Shown: positions 48,379 to 57,483 of the stretch, one piece after another | Layout: each line of letters starts with the position of its first letter | Numbering within the stretch: the stretch's first letter is position 1 | Source of the DNA: Vicinamibacteria bacterium | GTDB lineage: Bacteria > Acidobacteriota > Vicinamibacteria > Marinacidobacterales > Marinacidobacteraceae | Assembly: GCA_963422395.1 (NCBI GenBank) | Contig: OY729431.1 | Coordinates: forward strand, 704,001 to 768,000 | Reading direction: 5' to 3' | Length of the DNA: 64,000 bases | Position numbers and translations under genes: made by a program | Notes under the pieces: generated by a model | Seen by the model: only the letters and a program-made list of their open reading frames with translations | The model's database searches: none | What the model was told of the DNA's origin: nothing

Positions 48379-49977
48379 GCGGGGAAGGGCGCTGACCTGA
48401 ATGTGGTCGAACCGCAGTGGGGGCAGACCCCGCTCATGTTCGCCGCCGCCACCGGCCGCGCCGCGGCGGTCGAGGCGCTGCTGGTTCGAGGGGCGGATCC
48501 CTCCGCGACGGCCTCGGTCCTCGATGTGGCGGCGCGGGCAGAAGCCGACCTGCTGGCCCGCCGGGCCCGTCAGGCGCGGGTAGATCGCGAGCGGGGCGGG
48601 GCCGGCGTGATCTACGACCCTCGGGAACGGGACAAGCAGCGCAAGGAAGCGCAGCGGCGGGCGAAGGCGGCCGCTGCCGCCAAGGCGGAGCGCGAGAAAG
48701 GGCGCACCGAAGAAACGCCCGCAGCCTCCGGTTCCGGAAAGAGCGGCTCTGCGGATCTCGCCGACCTGAAGCTGGAGGGAAAGAAGCCAGCGGAGGACGG
48801 GGAGGGCGCAGCCGATGCGGAAGCGTCCGAAGCCGAAAAGGACGAACACGCGGAGGCTCACGGCCACCCCGAAGACGAACTCGTCCGGGAAGAAGAGAAG
48901 ACCCGGAAAGAAGACGAGCAGAAGGCCGCCGCCCGGAAGGGTGGTGACTCCGGGAAGGAAAACCGGCAGCCGCTGCGGTATGCCGAACTCGTGGGCACCC
49001 ACGGCGGTCTGACGGCGCTGCTGCTCGCTGCCCGCGACGGCCATCTCGAAGCGGCGGCGGCTCTGCTGGACGGAGGCGCCGCTGTCGATCAGCGAGCTGA
49101 AGGACACCGGACGACCCCGCTTCTGATGGCCGCCATCAACGGCCACTACGACCTCGGCATGGAGCTGCTCGCCCGCGGTGCCGACCCGAACCTCAGGAAC
49201 ATCTCCGGTGCCGCTCCGCTCTATGCAGCCATCAACGCCCGCTGGATTTCCCAACCCTTCCACCCGCAGCCGGCAGACCACCTGCAGCAGCAGAACTCGC
49301 ATGTCGAGTTCATGGAAGCGCTGATCGAGGCCGGCGCCGATATCGATGCTCGGCTCGAGCGGAAGCAGTGGTACAGCACCTACAACACCGACCAGCTCGG
49401 AGTGAACCGGGCCGGGGCGACCGCCTTCTGGCGCGCTGCGTACGCGCTGGACATTCCGGCGATGGAACTGCTCGTTGCGCACGGTGCGGACCCTTCGATT
49501 CCCACCATGAAGGTCCCCGAACGGACGCTGCGCCGGCTGACGGACCTGGTCTCCGAAGATCCGGAGGAGGATCCTTCGGGGCTGCCCGAGGTGCCCTACG
49601 GAGGGCCTGGCGTCTATCCGATCCACGCTGCCGCCGGGGTGGGCTACGGGCTGGGTCTCGCGGCGAACTCGCATCGCCACGCTCCCGACGCCTGGCTGCC
49701 GGCGGTGCAGTACCTGGTGGAGGAACACGGCGCCGATCCGGACGCCCGAGACCACAATGGATACAGCGTCATCCACCACGCCGCTTCGCGCGGGGACAAC
49801 GAGATGATCGAGTATCTGATCGGGAAGGGCGCCGATCCGTTGGCGGTCGCCCGGACCGGCCAGACGACGATCGATCTCGCGAACGGTCCGGTGCAGCGGA
49901 TCAGCCCCTTCCCGGAAACCATCGCGCTACTCGAAGGTTACGGCGCCAAGAACAACAACCGCTGCGTCGGGTGCTGA
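47875..49977 (+). CDS. Secreted ankyrin-repeat protein with C-terminal CxxC, copy 1
   Basis: Multiple G-x-T-(A/P)-L-H/M repeats; signal-like helix; ends NNNRCVGC. True start may be an ATG near 47911. Confidence 0.82.
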   Translation: MSRGRAGEEIWKMEMERNGEKRKAGLLLCLAAGLAAACLSLAGASFAARVPPVLEAAKRGDVEALRSELRSGGDVNTAQGDGFTALHWAAKTGSREVAEVLIAAGADLRATTRLGSHMPLHVAAAAGQPGVAEALLEAGAPVAATTGTGARPIHFAAASGNPSLIEVLAGKGADLNVVEPQWGQTPLMFAAATGRAAAVEALLVRGADPSATASVLDVAARAEADLLARRARQARVDRERGGAGVIYDPRERDKQRKEAQRRAKAAAAAKAEREKGRTEETPAASGSGKSGSADLADLKLEGKKPAEDGEGAADAEASEAEKDEHAEAHGHPEDELVREEEKTRKEDEQKAAARKGGDSGKENRQPLRYAELVGTHGGLTALLLAARDGHLEAAAALLDGGAAVDQRAEGHRTTPLLMAAINGHYDLGMELLARGADPNLRNISGAAPLYAAINARWISQPFHPQPADHLQQQNSHVEFMEALIEAGADIDARLERKQWYSTYNTDQLGVNRAGATAFWRAAYALDIPAMELLVAHGADPSIPTMKVPERTLRRLTDLVSEDPEEDPSGLPEVPYGGPGVYPIHAAAGVGYGLGLAANSHRHAPDAWLPAVQYLVEEHGADPDARDHNGYSVIHHAASRGDNEMIEYLIGKGADPLAVARTGQTTIDLANGPVQRISPFPETIALLEGYGAKNNNRCVGC

Positions 49978-49984
49978 CAAGAGG

Positions 49985-52579
49985 ATGCGGCGTTTGACTT
50001 TCGATGGCGAGGCGAGGGTCGGCCGCGTTCCCTTTGCGATTTCCGTTTTCCTGATTTCCCTGCTGCCGATTGCCGCCGGGGCCTCTTCGGCTGCGGCAGC
50101 ACCGTCTCTCCCACCGTCCTCGCCGCAGGCGTCAGCGGTCGAAGGATCGCCGCCGCTTTCCGCTTCTGCGCTGTCGGCGGTGCGTGGGTGGTCGTCGGGG
50201 TCGGGGTCGGGGGTGGGGGTTTCAGGAGTTGGGGCTGGGTCGTCGGCGGAGCACAACCGGATGGTTCGGATGTATTGCGTGGTGTGTCACAACGACCGGA
50301 TGCGGACGGGGAACATGTCGTTGTCGGGTTTCGATGCGGGGGATGCGTCGTCGAGTCCGGAGTTGTCGGAGAAGGTGGTGTCGAAGCTGCGTTTGGGGAT
50401 GATGCCGCCGCCAGGGGCGCGTCGTCCGGCGGAGGAGGTATTGGAGGAGGTTGCGGGGTCTTTGGAGGGTCAGTTGGATCGGAATGCGGAGGAGCATCCG
50501 AATCCGGGGAGGCGTTCGTTTCAGCGTTTGAATCGTGCGGAGTACACGGCGGCGGTTCGGGATTTGCTGGCGTTGCCGGTGGATGCTGCGGAGTATTTGC
50601 CTCAGGACACGATCAGCGCGAACTTCGACAACATCGCGGATGTTCAGTTGTTGTCGGCGACATTGATGGATTCGTATTTGCGTGCGGCGGGCGAGATCAG
50701 TCGGCTGGCCGTGGGCGATCCGAACGCTGCGCCCGCCGAGACCGGCTACCATGTGTCGCGTTGGGCGTCCCAGCTGGACCAGGTCGAGGGCGCTCCGTAC
50801 GGAACCCGCGGCGGGATCGCGGTGGAGCATGTCTTTCCCGCTGACGGTGCATACCGATTCCGAGTGGCGTTCCACCATGAGACGACCGGCGCGATCGTGG
50901 GTTCGGGATCGAGTTCGCTCCATACCCTGGACGCTCCGGAACGAGTGGAGATCTCGATCGACGGCGAGCGGGTGGCGCTGCTCACGGTCGACCGCTGGAT
51001 GCATGTCTCCGATCCCGACGGGGTCAACTTGCGGACCGAGCCCATCTTCGTCCGCGGGGGGCCGCGCCGGGTTGCTGCTGCCTTCCTGAAACATTACGAG
51101 GGTCCGGTCCTCGACTTGATCTCTCCGCACGACTGGTCGCTGGCGAGCACCGCGACCTCGAGGACCTACGGCATCCACAATGTCCCCCACCTGCGGGATT
51201 TCTTCATCACCGGTCCGTTCGAGGCGACGGGGGTATCGGAGACGCCGAGTCGGAGTCGGATATTCGGTTGTCGTCCACTGTCGTCGGAGGAGGCGGTTGG
51301 GTGCGCGGAGGAGATCTTGGGACGTTTGGGGCGTTTGGCGTATCGCCGGAGTTTGACGGGGGAGGAGTTGGGAGCGTTGATGGAGCTGTATGCGTCGGGT
51401 TCGGAGAGTGTGGGTTTCGAGGAGGGGATTCGGATGGGGATCGAGGGGATGCTGGCGAGTCCGAACTTCGTATTTCGGATCGAGGAGCCGGTGGATCCCC
51501 GTGAGGCGGCGTTCGGGTATCGGCTGAGCGACACGGACCTGGCGTCTCGTTTGTCGTTTTATCTTTGGGGGACGATACCGGACGAGGAGTTGCTGGATTC
51601 GGCGGAGTCGGGGCGTTTGTCGGATGCGGAGGAGTATGAGGGTCAGGTGCGTCGGATGCTGTCGGATCCGCGTTCGCTGGCGTTGTCGAAGCGTTTTGCG
51701 AGCCAGTGGTTTCGGTTACAGGATTTGGAGAAGATCAACCCGAACGTGCGTTTGTTTCCGGATTTCCATCAGCAGCTGAAGGAGGCGATGGTGGAGGAGA
51801 CGGAGCGTTTTTTCCATCATTTGGTATTGGAGGACCGGAGCGTATTGGAGTTGTTCACGGCGGACTACACATTCGTGAATGAGCGATTGGCGAAGCACTA
51901 CGGGATGACGGGGGTAGCGGGGCCGGAGCACCGTTTGGTGCGGTATGGGGATGCGGGCCGGCGTGGGATATTCGGTCACGGGAGCATTTTGACATTGACT
52001 TCGCATCCGTATCGGACATCGGCGGTGCTGCGGGGCAAGTGGGTGATGGAGGTATTGCTGGGGAGCCCGCCGCCGCCGCCGCCGCCGAATGTTCCGGACC
52101 TGGACGCGACGGCGGCGACGGCGGATGGGCGTGAGCTGACGGCGCGGGAGCGTTTGGAGATCCATCGGGACAACCCGGCGTGCCGTTCGTGCCACCGGAT
52201 GATGGACCCGATCGGGTTGGCGCTGGAGCACTACGATGTGACGGGTCGGGAGCGGGTGAAGGACTCGGGGCAGCCGATCGATGCGTCGGGAGAGTTCTAC
52301 GACGGGACGGCGATTCGGGATGTGGGTGATCTGCGGGCGGCGCTGCTGCTGCGGCCGACGCCGCTGCTGCGGACGTTCACGGAGAACCTGATGGCGTATG
52401 CGTTGGGGAGGCGGGTGGAGTATTACGATCAGCCGCGGGTGCGAGAGATCGTGCGCGAGGCGGCGGAGTCGGACTATCGGATGTCGGCGTTCTTGTTGGG
52501 CGTGGCGCGGAGTCCGGCGTTCCAGAGGAAGGGAGTTTCGGAGCCGTCGCCGGTGGCGACGGAGCTGGGCGAGCCCTGA
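49985..52579 (+). CDS. DUF1592-family cytochrome c protein, copy 2
   Basis: Same architecture as copy 1, with a different signal peptide and central domain; GAGG RBS. Confidence 0.82.
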   Translation: MRRLTFDGEARVGRVPFAISVFLISLLPIAAGASSAAAAPSLPPSSPQASAVEGSPPLSASALSAVRGWSSGSGSGVGVSGVGAGSSAEHNRMVRMYCVVCHNDRMRTGNMSLSGFDAGDASSSPELSEKVVSKLRLGMMPPPGARRPAEEVLEEVAGSLEGQLDRNAEEHPNPGRRSFQRLNRAEYTAAVRDLLALPVDAAEYLPQDTISANFDNIADVQLLSATLMDSYLRAAGEISRLAVGDPNAAPAETGYHVSRWASQLDQVEGAPYGTRGGIAVEHVFPADGAYRFRVAFHHETTGAIVGSGSSSLHTLDAPERVEISIDGERVALLTVDRWMHVSDPDGVNLRTEPIFVRGGPRRVAAAFLKHYEGPVLDLISPHDWSLASTATSRTYGIHNVPHLRDFFITGPFEATGVSETPSRSRIFGCRPLSSEEAVGCAEEILGRLGRLAYRRSLTGEELGALMELYASGSESVGFEEGIRMGIEGMLASPNFVFRIEEPVDPREAAFGYRLSDTDLASRLSFYLWGTIPDEELLDSAESGRLSDAEEYEGQVRRMLSDPRSLALSKRFASQWFRLQDLEKINPNVRLFPDFHQQLKEAMVEETERFFHHLVLEDRSVLELFTADYTFVNERLAKHYGMTGVAGPEHRLVRYGDAGRRGIFGHGSILTLTSHPYRTSAVLRGKWVMEVLLGSPPPPPPPNVPDLDATAATADGRELTARERLEIHRDNPACRSCHRMMDPIGLALEHYDVTGRERVKDSGQPIDASGEFYDGTAIRDVGDLRAALLLRPTPLLRTFTENLMAYALGRRVEYYDQPRVREIVREAAESDYRMSAFLLGVARSPAFQRKGVSEPSPVATELGEP
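50170..50729 (+). repeat. G/T-skewed repeat block A, copy 2
   Basis: Matches 44072-44631. Confidence 0.9.
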
Positions 52580-53980
52580 GCTAGGAGAGAGCGATGCACT
52601 ATCTGACAGGGAAGAGAGTTCCGCGGCGGAGTTTTCTGCGGGGAGCGGGTGCGGCGGTGGCGCTGCCGTTTCTGGATGCGATGGTTCCGGCGAGCGTGAT
52701 TGCGAAGCCGGGGGCGTCGGAGCGAACGCGGCTGGTGGCGATCGAGATCGTGCACGGCGCGGCGGGGAGCAACGAGTATGGGCGGGAGCAGAACCTGTGG
52801 TCGCCGGCTGCGGAGGGTGCGGAGTTCGATCTGTCCGAGGGTGCGTTGAGCCCGCTTGCGCCGTATCGGGACCATGTGACGATCGTGAGCGATTGTGATG
52901 TGGAGCCGGCAGAGGCGGAGACGGCGCGTGAGATCGGAGGGGACCACTTCCGTTCGAGCGCGGCGTTCCTGACGCAGTCGCATCCGAAGCAGACGGAGGG
53001 TTCGGATGTGCACGCGGGGACTTCGCTGGACCAGCTGTATGCGGCGCGCTTCGGCCAGGAGACGCCGATTCCTTCGATGCAGCTGTGCATCGAGACGGTG
53101 GACCAAGCGGGAGGGTGCGCGTACGGGTATGCGTGCGTGTACACGGACACGATCAGCTGGGCGTCGCCGACGCAGCCGCTGCCGATGACGCGGGACCCGC
53201 GGATCGTGTTCGATCAGCTGTTCGGCGCGGGGGGGACGCCGGAGGGCCGAGTGGCGCGTCAGCAGGCGCGCAAGAGCGTGCTGGACTTCATCGGAGAGGA
53301 AGTCCGGCGGCTCCAGGGGGCGCTGGACCCGGAGGATGTGCGGCGGATGGACCGGTATCTGACGGACATCCGTGAGATGGAGCGTCGGATCGAGCGGATC
53401 GTGGAGCGGAACACGAGCGGAGAGCTGCGTGACCTGCCGGAGGCGCCGTCGGGAGTCCCGGACTCGTTCGACGAGCATGTGAAGATCATGTTCGACCTGC
53501 AGGCGCTGGCGTTCCAGTCGGACATGACGCGGGTGTTCAGCTTCAAGCTGGGACGGGATGCGTCGAGCCGGGTGTATCCGGAGAGCGGAGAAGCGACGGC
53601 GTTCCACCCGGCATCGCACCACGGGAACGACCCGGAGCGGGTGGAGGTTCTGGGACGGATCAATCGGTACCATGTGGGCTTGGTCCCGTATTTCATGGAG
53701 CGGCTCGCGGGGATCGAGGAGGGAGACCGCTCGCTGCTGGACAAGACGATGATCCTGTATGGGTCCCCGATGGGAGACCCGAACATCCACAACCACAAGC
53801 GGGTTCCGTTCTTCGTCGCAGGCGGTGCGAACGGGGCGCTGGAGCATGGCCTGCATTTGCGGGCGGCGGCGGGTACGCCGCTGGCGAACGTGATGCTGAC
53901 GCTGTTGCACGAGCTGGGTCTGGACGACCTCCCGCGCTTCGGAAACAGCACCGGAGAGTTCTCCCTTTCGGCGTGAGCCG
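51211..53980 (+). repeat. G/T-skewed repeat block B, copy 2
   Basis: Matches 45113-47882. Confidence 0.92.
52594..53976 (+). CDS. DUF1552 family protein, copy 2 (identical protein to copy 1)
   Basis: 460-aa translation identical to 46496..47878. Confidence 0.85.
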   Translation: MHYLTGKRVPRRSFLRGAGAAVALPFLDAMVPASVIAKPGASERTRLVAIEIVHGAAGSNEYGREQNLWSPAAEGAEFDLSEGALSPLAPYRDHVTIVSDCDVEPAEAETAREIGGDHFRSSAAFLTQSHPKQTEGSDVHAGTSLDQLYAARFGQETPIPSMQLCIETVDQAGGCAYGYACVYTDTISWASPTQPLPMTRDPRIVFDQLFGAGGTPEGRVARQQARKSVLDFIGEEVRRLQGALDPEDVRRMDRYLTDIREMERRIERIVERNTSGELRDLPEAPSGVPDSFDEHVKIMFDLQALAFQSDMTRVFSFKLGRDASSRVYPESGEATAFHPASHHGNDPERVEVLGRINRYHVGLVPYFMERLAGIEEGDRSLLDKTMILYGSPMGDPNIHNHKRVPFFVAGGANGALEHGLHLRAAAGTPLANVMLTLLHELGLDDLPRFGNSTGEFSLSA

Positions 53981-54042
53981 AAGACCTGGAAAGGGCGTTT
54001 CGCGCTAGTTCACTGTTTTTCTGGAAGATGAGGATTCCTTTC
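53981..54042 (+). promoter_or_regulatory. AT-rich leader, probable promoter/RBS of the TonB-dependent receptor
   Basis: Local AT enrichment (ctagttcactgtttttctgg) in a high-GC background, and AGGA before the ATG at 54043. No consensus promoter resolved. Confidence 0.3.
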
Positions 54043-56916
54043 ATGTACAAAGTGTTTATGCACAAAATTCCCATGTTGGTCTTGCCAACGCTACTCATGG
54101 CGGTTTCCGCGCCTGCCCAGCAGACCGGGACGGTCACGGGGACGGCGTCGGATGAGCAGGGTGCGGTATTGCCTGGGGTGGCGGTGACGGTGGACAGCGA
54201 TGCGTTGATAGCGCCGCGCAGCACGACGACCGGGTCTGGGGGTTCTTACAGCCACCCGGCGCTTCCGCCGGGTGAGTATCGGGTGACCTTCGCGCTGTCG
54301 GGTTTCCAGACGGTGATTCAGGAGGGGGTCCGGGTGAGCGTGGCGCGGACGCTGGAGGTGAACGCGACGATGGGACTTTCCGGGGTGGAGGAGACGGTGA
54401 CGGTGACGGGGGACGCCCCGGTGGTGGATGTGCGCAGCGCGACGATCCAGACGAACATCGAGCGGGAGTTGCTGGAGGCGGTACCCACGGGACGGAATCC
54501 ATGGGTGATGGCGGGGCTGGTTCCGGGGATGGTGACGACCCGGATCGATGTCGGTGGGAGCAACGGGATGCAGCAGTACGGCATGGAGATTTTCGGATCG
54601 TCGGCGACGATGCAGAGTTTTCAGGTGGACGGTCTGAAGGTGAACTGGCCTGGGGGGACCGGGGGTTGGACGATGCAGTACTACGGATTTTCGATGTATG
54701 AGGAGTTCAACTTCCAGACCTCGACGCACACTGCGGAGTCGGACACCGGCGGGGTTTTGATGAACATGGTGGTGAAGTCTGGGGGGAACGAGTTCAGCGG
54801 CGACGCGATCGGGCTGTACAACGCGACGGACCTGCAGGGGGAGCCGGCGGAGGCGGGGGGTGCGCCGATCACGCGATCTTTGGACCTGAACGGGACCCTC
54901 GGGGGCCCGATCGTGCGGGACCGGGCGTGGTTTTTCACTGCCTATCGGCACTGGGTGCACGATCAGGAGGTGACGGTTCCGGCGGACTATGTGGGAGCGA
55001 CGCCGGTGGACGACAATCGGATTCGCAATCTTTCGGGGAAGTTGACTTGGCAGGCGAGCGACAACGATCGCCTTTTCGTGACGCTGCAGCGGAACTGGAA
55101 GCAGCGTTTCCACCGGCGCGACAGTCCGTATACGGCGGTTCCGGACGATCTCGCCCGGTTCCAGGACCAGTGGGCCGACAACGCCATCCTGTCCTACAAC
55201 CGGGTGCTGGGCGATGCGGCGCTGCTGGATCTCCGCTTCGGGAGGATGTGGGGAACCACTCCGTACATTCTGTATTCCGAGTATTGCGGGGTTCCGGTGG
55301 ACGAGTATCCGGACGCCCGCCCCTGTACCGAGAACGACATATCGGTCATCGACCCGGTGCGTGCGGAGCAGTTCAACGCGGATCGGCGTGGGGAGTATTG
55401 GAACCCGAACTACCGCAACCAGTTCAACGGCTCGCTGACCTACTACCTGGACACGGCATCTGGTTCGCACAACTTCAAGGTCGGTGCGCAGGCGTCGCGA
55501 GAGGGGATGGACACCCGGACCTTCAAGAGCGGTGATGCGTATGGGGAGCTGAGCGACGGGGTTCCGAGCCGGATCAACATTTCGAGGACTCCGAACTTCA
55601 AGATGGAGAGGTTGAACACCTGGGGGGCGTTCATCCAGGATGCCTGGACGATCGGGGACCGGCTGACGCTGAACCTCGGGGTGCGGCTCGACGGGATCTA
55701 TGGTTATGTTCCGGAGCAGAGCAGTCCGGCGGGGACTTGGACTGCGCTTTCGGACCAGCTCGCCGGGGACATTTTTTCGGTGAACAGCGAGATCACGGGG
55801 TTGCCGGACTGGCCGCTGAACATCGGCCCGCGGCTGAGCTTCGCCTACGACCTTTTCGGCGACGGCCGCGCGGCGCTGAAGGGTGGCTGGGGCCGTTACT
55901 ACACGCAGATGGGGAGCGCGCTGCCAGCGAGCGCGAACCCGAACGGGGGGTCTTCCGCCTGGGTGGGTTGGAACGATCTCGACGGGGACAAGCTGGTGGA
56001 CATCGGGCCCTCGGGGACCCTGGCGGACAGCCCCGAGGTGGACCTGAGCAAGTTCGAGGGATTCACGGGGGGGGCGACCACGGTGTACGACCGTGACGCG
56101 AACCGGCCGTACAGCGACGACATATCGCTGGGAGTGGACATGACGATGGGGTCGGATGTGTCGATCAGCGCGACGTACCATCGGCGCCAACACCGGGATT
56201 CGCTGGGGGTTCTGAACCGGGCTCGCCCGCCGTCCGGCTACGAGCAGAGCAGTTTTTCCTGTTCCAACTGTCCGGAATCTTCCTATACGGTCTATGAGCT
56301 GAAGGATGAGTATCGCGGTCTCCAGGACAATGTGATCACGAGTATCGACAAGCTGCAGAGCAACTACAACGGGGTTGCGGTGCAGATCCAGAAGCGTTTT
56401 TCGAACCGCTGGCAGCTGCTGGGGGGGGCGACCTTTTCGAGCCACCGTGGGGTACCGCACGCGTTGCCGTGGGACAACACCGACTGGAACAACCCGAACC
56501 GGGAGATCAACCGGCTGGACGGAGCGGTGCTGACGGATGTGCCGTGGGTATTCAATGTAGCGGGGAGCTACCTGGCTCCGTACGACATCCAGGTCGGCTG
56601 GAACTATCGTGCGAGGGCGGGGAACCCGCTGGTATCGACGGCGCGGGCGACGGGGCTGGTTCAGGGTTCGGAGTCGATCTACGCCTACGAGCGTGGCGAC
56701 GAACGGACCGAGACGATCACGGATTTGCTGGACATCAACCTCCGCAAGGGTTTCGATCTCGAGGGGGTGCGGGTCGAGTTCGGCGCGGACATGGCGAACA
56801 TTTTCAACTCGCAGAAGGCGGACGCCTTGATCACGGGCTTCGGCTCGCGCTATCTGCAGCCGTCCCGCGTGCTGCCCCCGCGAATCTTCCGCTTCACCGC
56901 GAAACTGCTCTTCTGA
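54028..56916 (+). CDS. TonB-dependent receptor with N-terminal carboxypeptidase-regulatory-like domain
   Basis: GTVTG..D..GAVLPGV, ETVTVTG, KSGGNEFSG, FIQDAW..GDRLTLNLGVR, PRLSFAYD, terminal Phe. Start may be 54043 or 54058. Confidence 0.88.
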   Translation: MRIPFMYKVFMHKIPMLVLPTLLMAVSAPAQQTGTVTGTASDEQGAVLPGVAVTVDSDALIAPRSTTTGSGGSYSHPALPPGEYRVTFALSGFQTVIQEGVRVSVARTLEVNATMGLSGVEETVTVTGDAPVVDVRSATIQTNIERELLEAVPTGRNPWVMAGLVPGMVTTRIDVGGSNGMQQYGMEIFGSSATMQSFQVDGLKVNWPGGTGGWTMQYYGFSMYEEFNFQTSTHTAESDTGGVLMNMVVKSGGNEFSGDAIGLYNATDLQGEPAEAGGAPITRSLDLNGTLGGPIVRDRAWFFTAYRHWVHDQEVTVPADYVGATPVDDNRIRNLSGKLTWQASDNDRLFVTLQRNWKQRFHRRDSPYTAVPDDLARFQDQWADNAILSYNRVLGDAALLDLRFGRMWGTTPYILYSEYCGVPVDEYPDARPCTENDISVIDPVRAEQFNADRRGEYWNPNYRNQFNGSLTYYLDTASGSHNFKVGAQASREGMDTRTFKSGDAYGELSDGVPSRINISRTPNFKMERLNTWGAFIQDAWTIGDRLTLNLGVRLDGIYGYVPEQSSPAGTWTALSDQLAGDIFSVNSEITGLPDWPLNIGPRLSFAYDLFGDGRAALKGGWGRYYTQMGSALPASANPNGGSSAWVGWNDLDGDKLVDIGPSGTLADSPEVDLSKFEGFTGGATTVYDRDANRPYSDDISLGVDMTMGSDVSISATYHRRQHRDSLGVLNRARPPSGYEQSSFSCSNCPESSYTVYELKDEYRGLQDNVITSIDKLQSNYNGVAVQIQKRFSNRWQLLGGATFSSHRGVPHALPWDNTDWNNPNREINRLDGAVLTDVPWVFNVAGSYLAPYDIQVGWNYRARAGNPLVSTARATGLVQGSESIYAYERGDERTETITDLLDINLRKGFDLEGVRVEFGADMANIFNSQKADALITGFGSRYLQPSRVLPPRIFRFTAKLLF

Positions 56917-56974
56917 TGTTCTCGGGAGCGCGTCTTTGAGTTTCGACTGCTGCGCGGGAGCGCTGTTCTCGCTG

Positions 56975-57483
56975 TCGGCGTGAGCCGGGGGCGCGCCGGG
57001 GAGGAGACCTGGAAAATGGAGATGGAGAGGAACGGAGAGAGGCGTAGGGCGGGACTGTTGCTGGTTTTCGCGGCAGGGCTTGCGGCGGCGTGCCTATCGT
57101 TGGCGGGGGCCTCGTTCGCGGCGCGGGTGCCGCCGGTTCTGGAGGCGGCGAAGCGTGGAGATGTCGAGGCGCTGCGGTCGGAGCTGCGGTCGGGGGGAGA
57201 TGTGAACACGGCGCAGGGGGACGGTTTCACCGCGCTGCACTGGGCGGCGAAGACGGGGAGCCGCGAGGTGGCGGAGGTGTTGATCGCGGCGGGAGCGGAC
57301 CTTCGGGCGACGACGCGGCTGGGAAGCCACATGCCGTTGCATGTGGCGGCGGCAGCGGGGCAGCCGGGGGTTGCGGAAGCGCTGCTCGAGGCCGGCGCTC
57401 CGGTCGCTGCAGCCACCGGAACCGGCGCTCGGCCCATCCACTTCGCCGCCGCCTCCGGGAACCCCTCCCTGATTGAAGTGCTG
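56975..57483 (+). repeat. Repeat block C, copy 2
   Basis: Matches 47870-48378. Confidence 0.85.

Noticed and set aside
44632-51210. Diversity-generating retroelement (TR/VR pair) as explanation for the variable domain
   Set aside because: There is no reverse transcriptase in the window. Differences span about 480 bp, involve all bases rather than only adenines, and both copies are coding.
44072-53980. IS element, prophage or simple horizontally acquired island explaining the odd composition
   Set aside because: No transposase, integrase or terminal inverted repeats are present. Composition flips within single ORFs at repeat boundaries, which whole-gene transfer would not produce.
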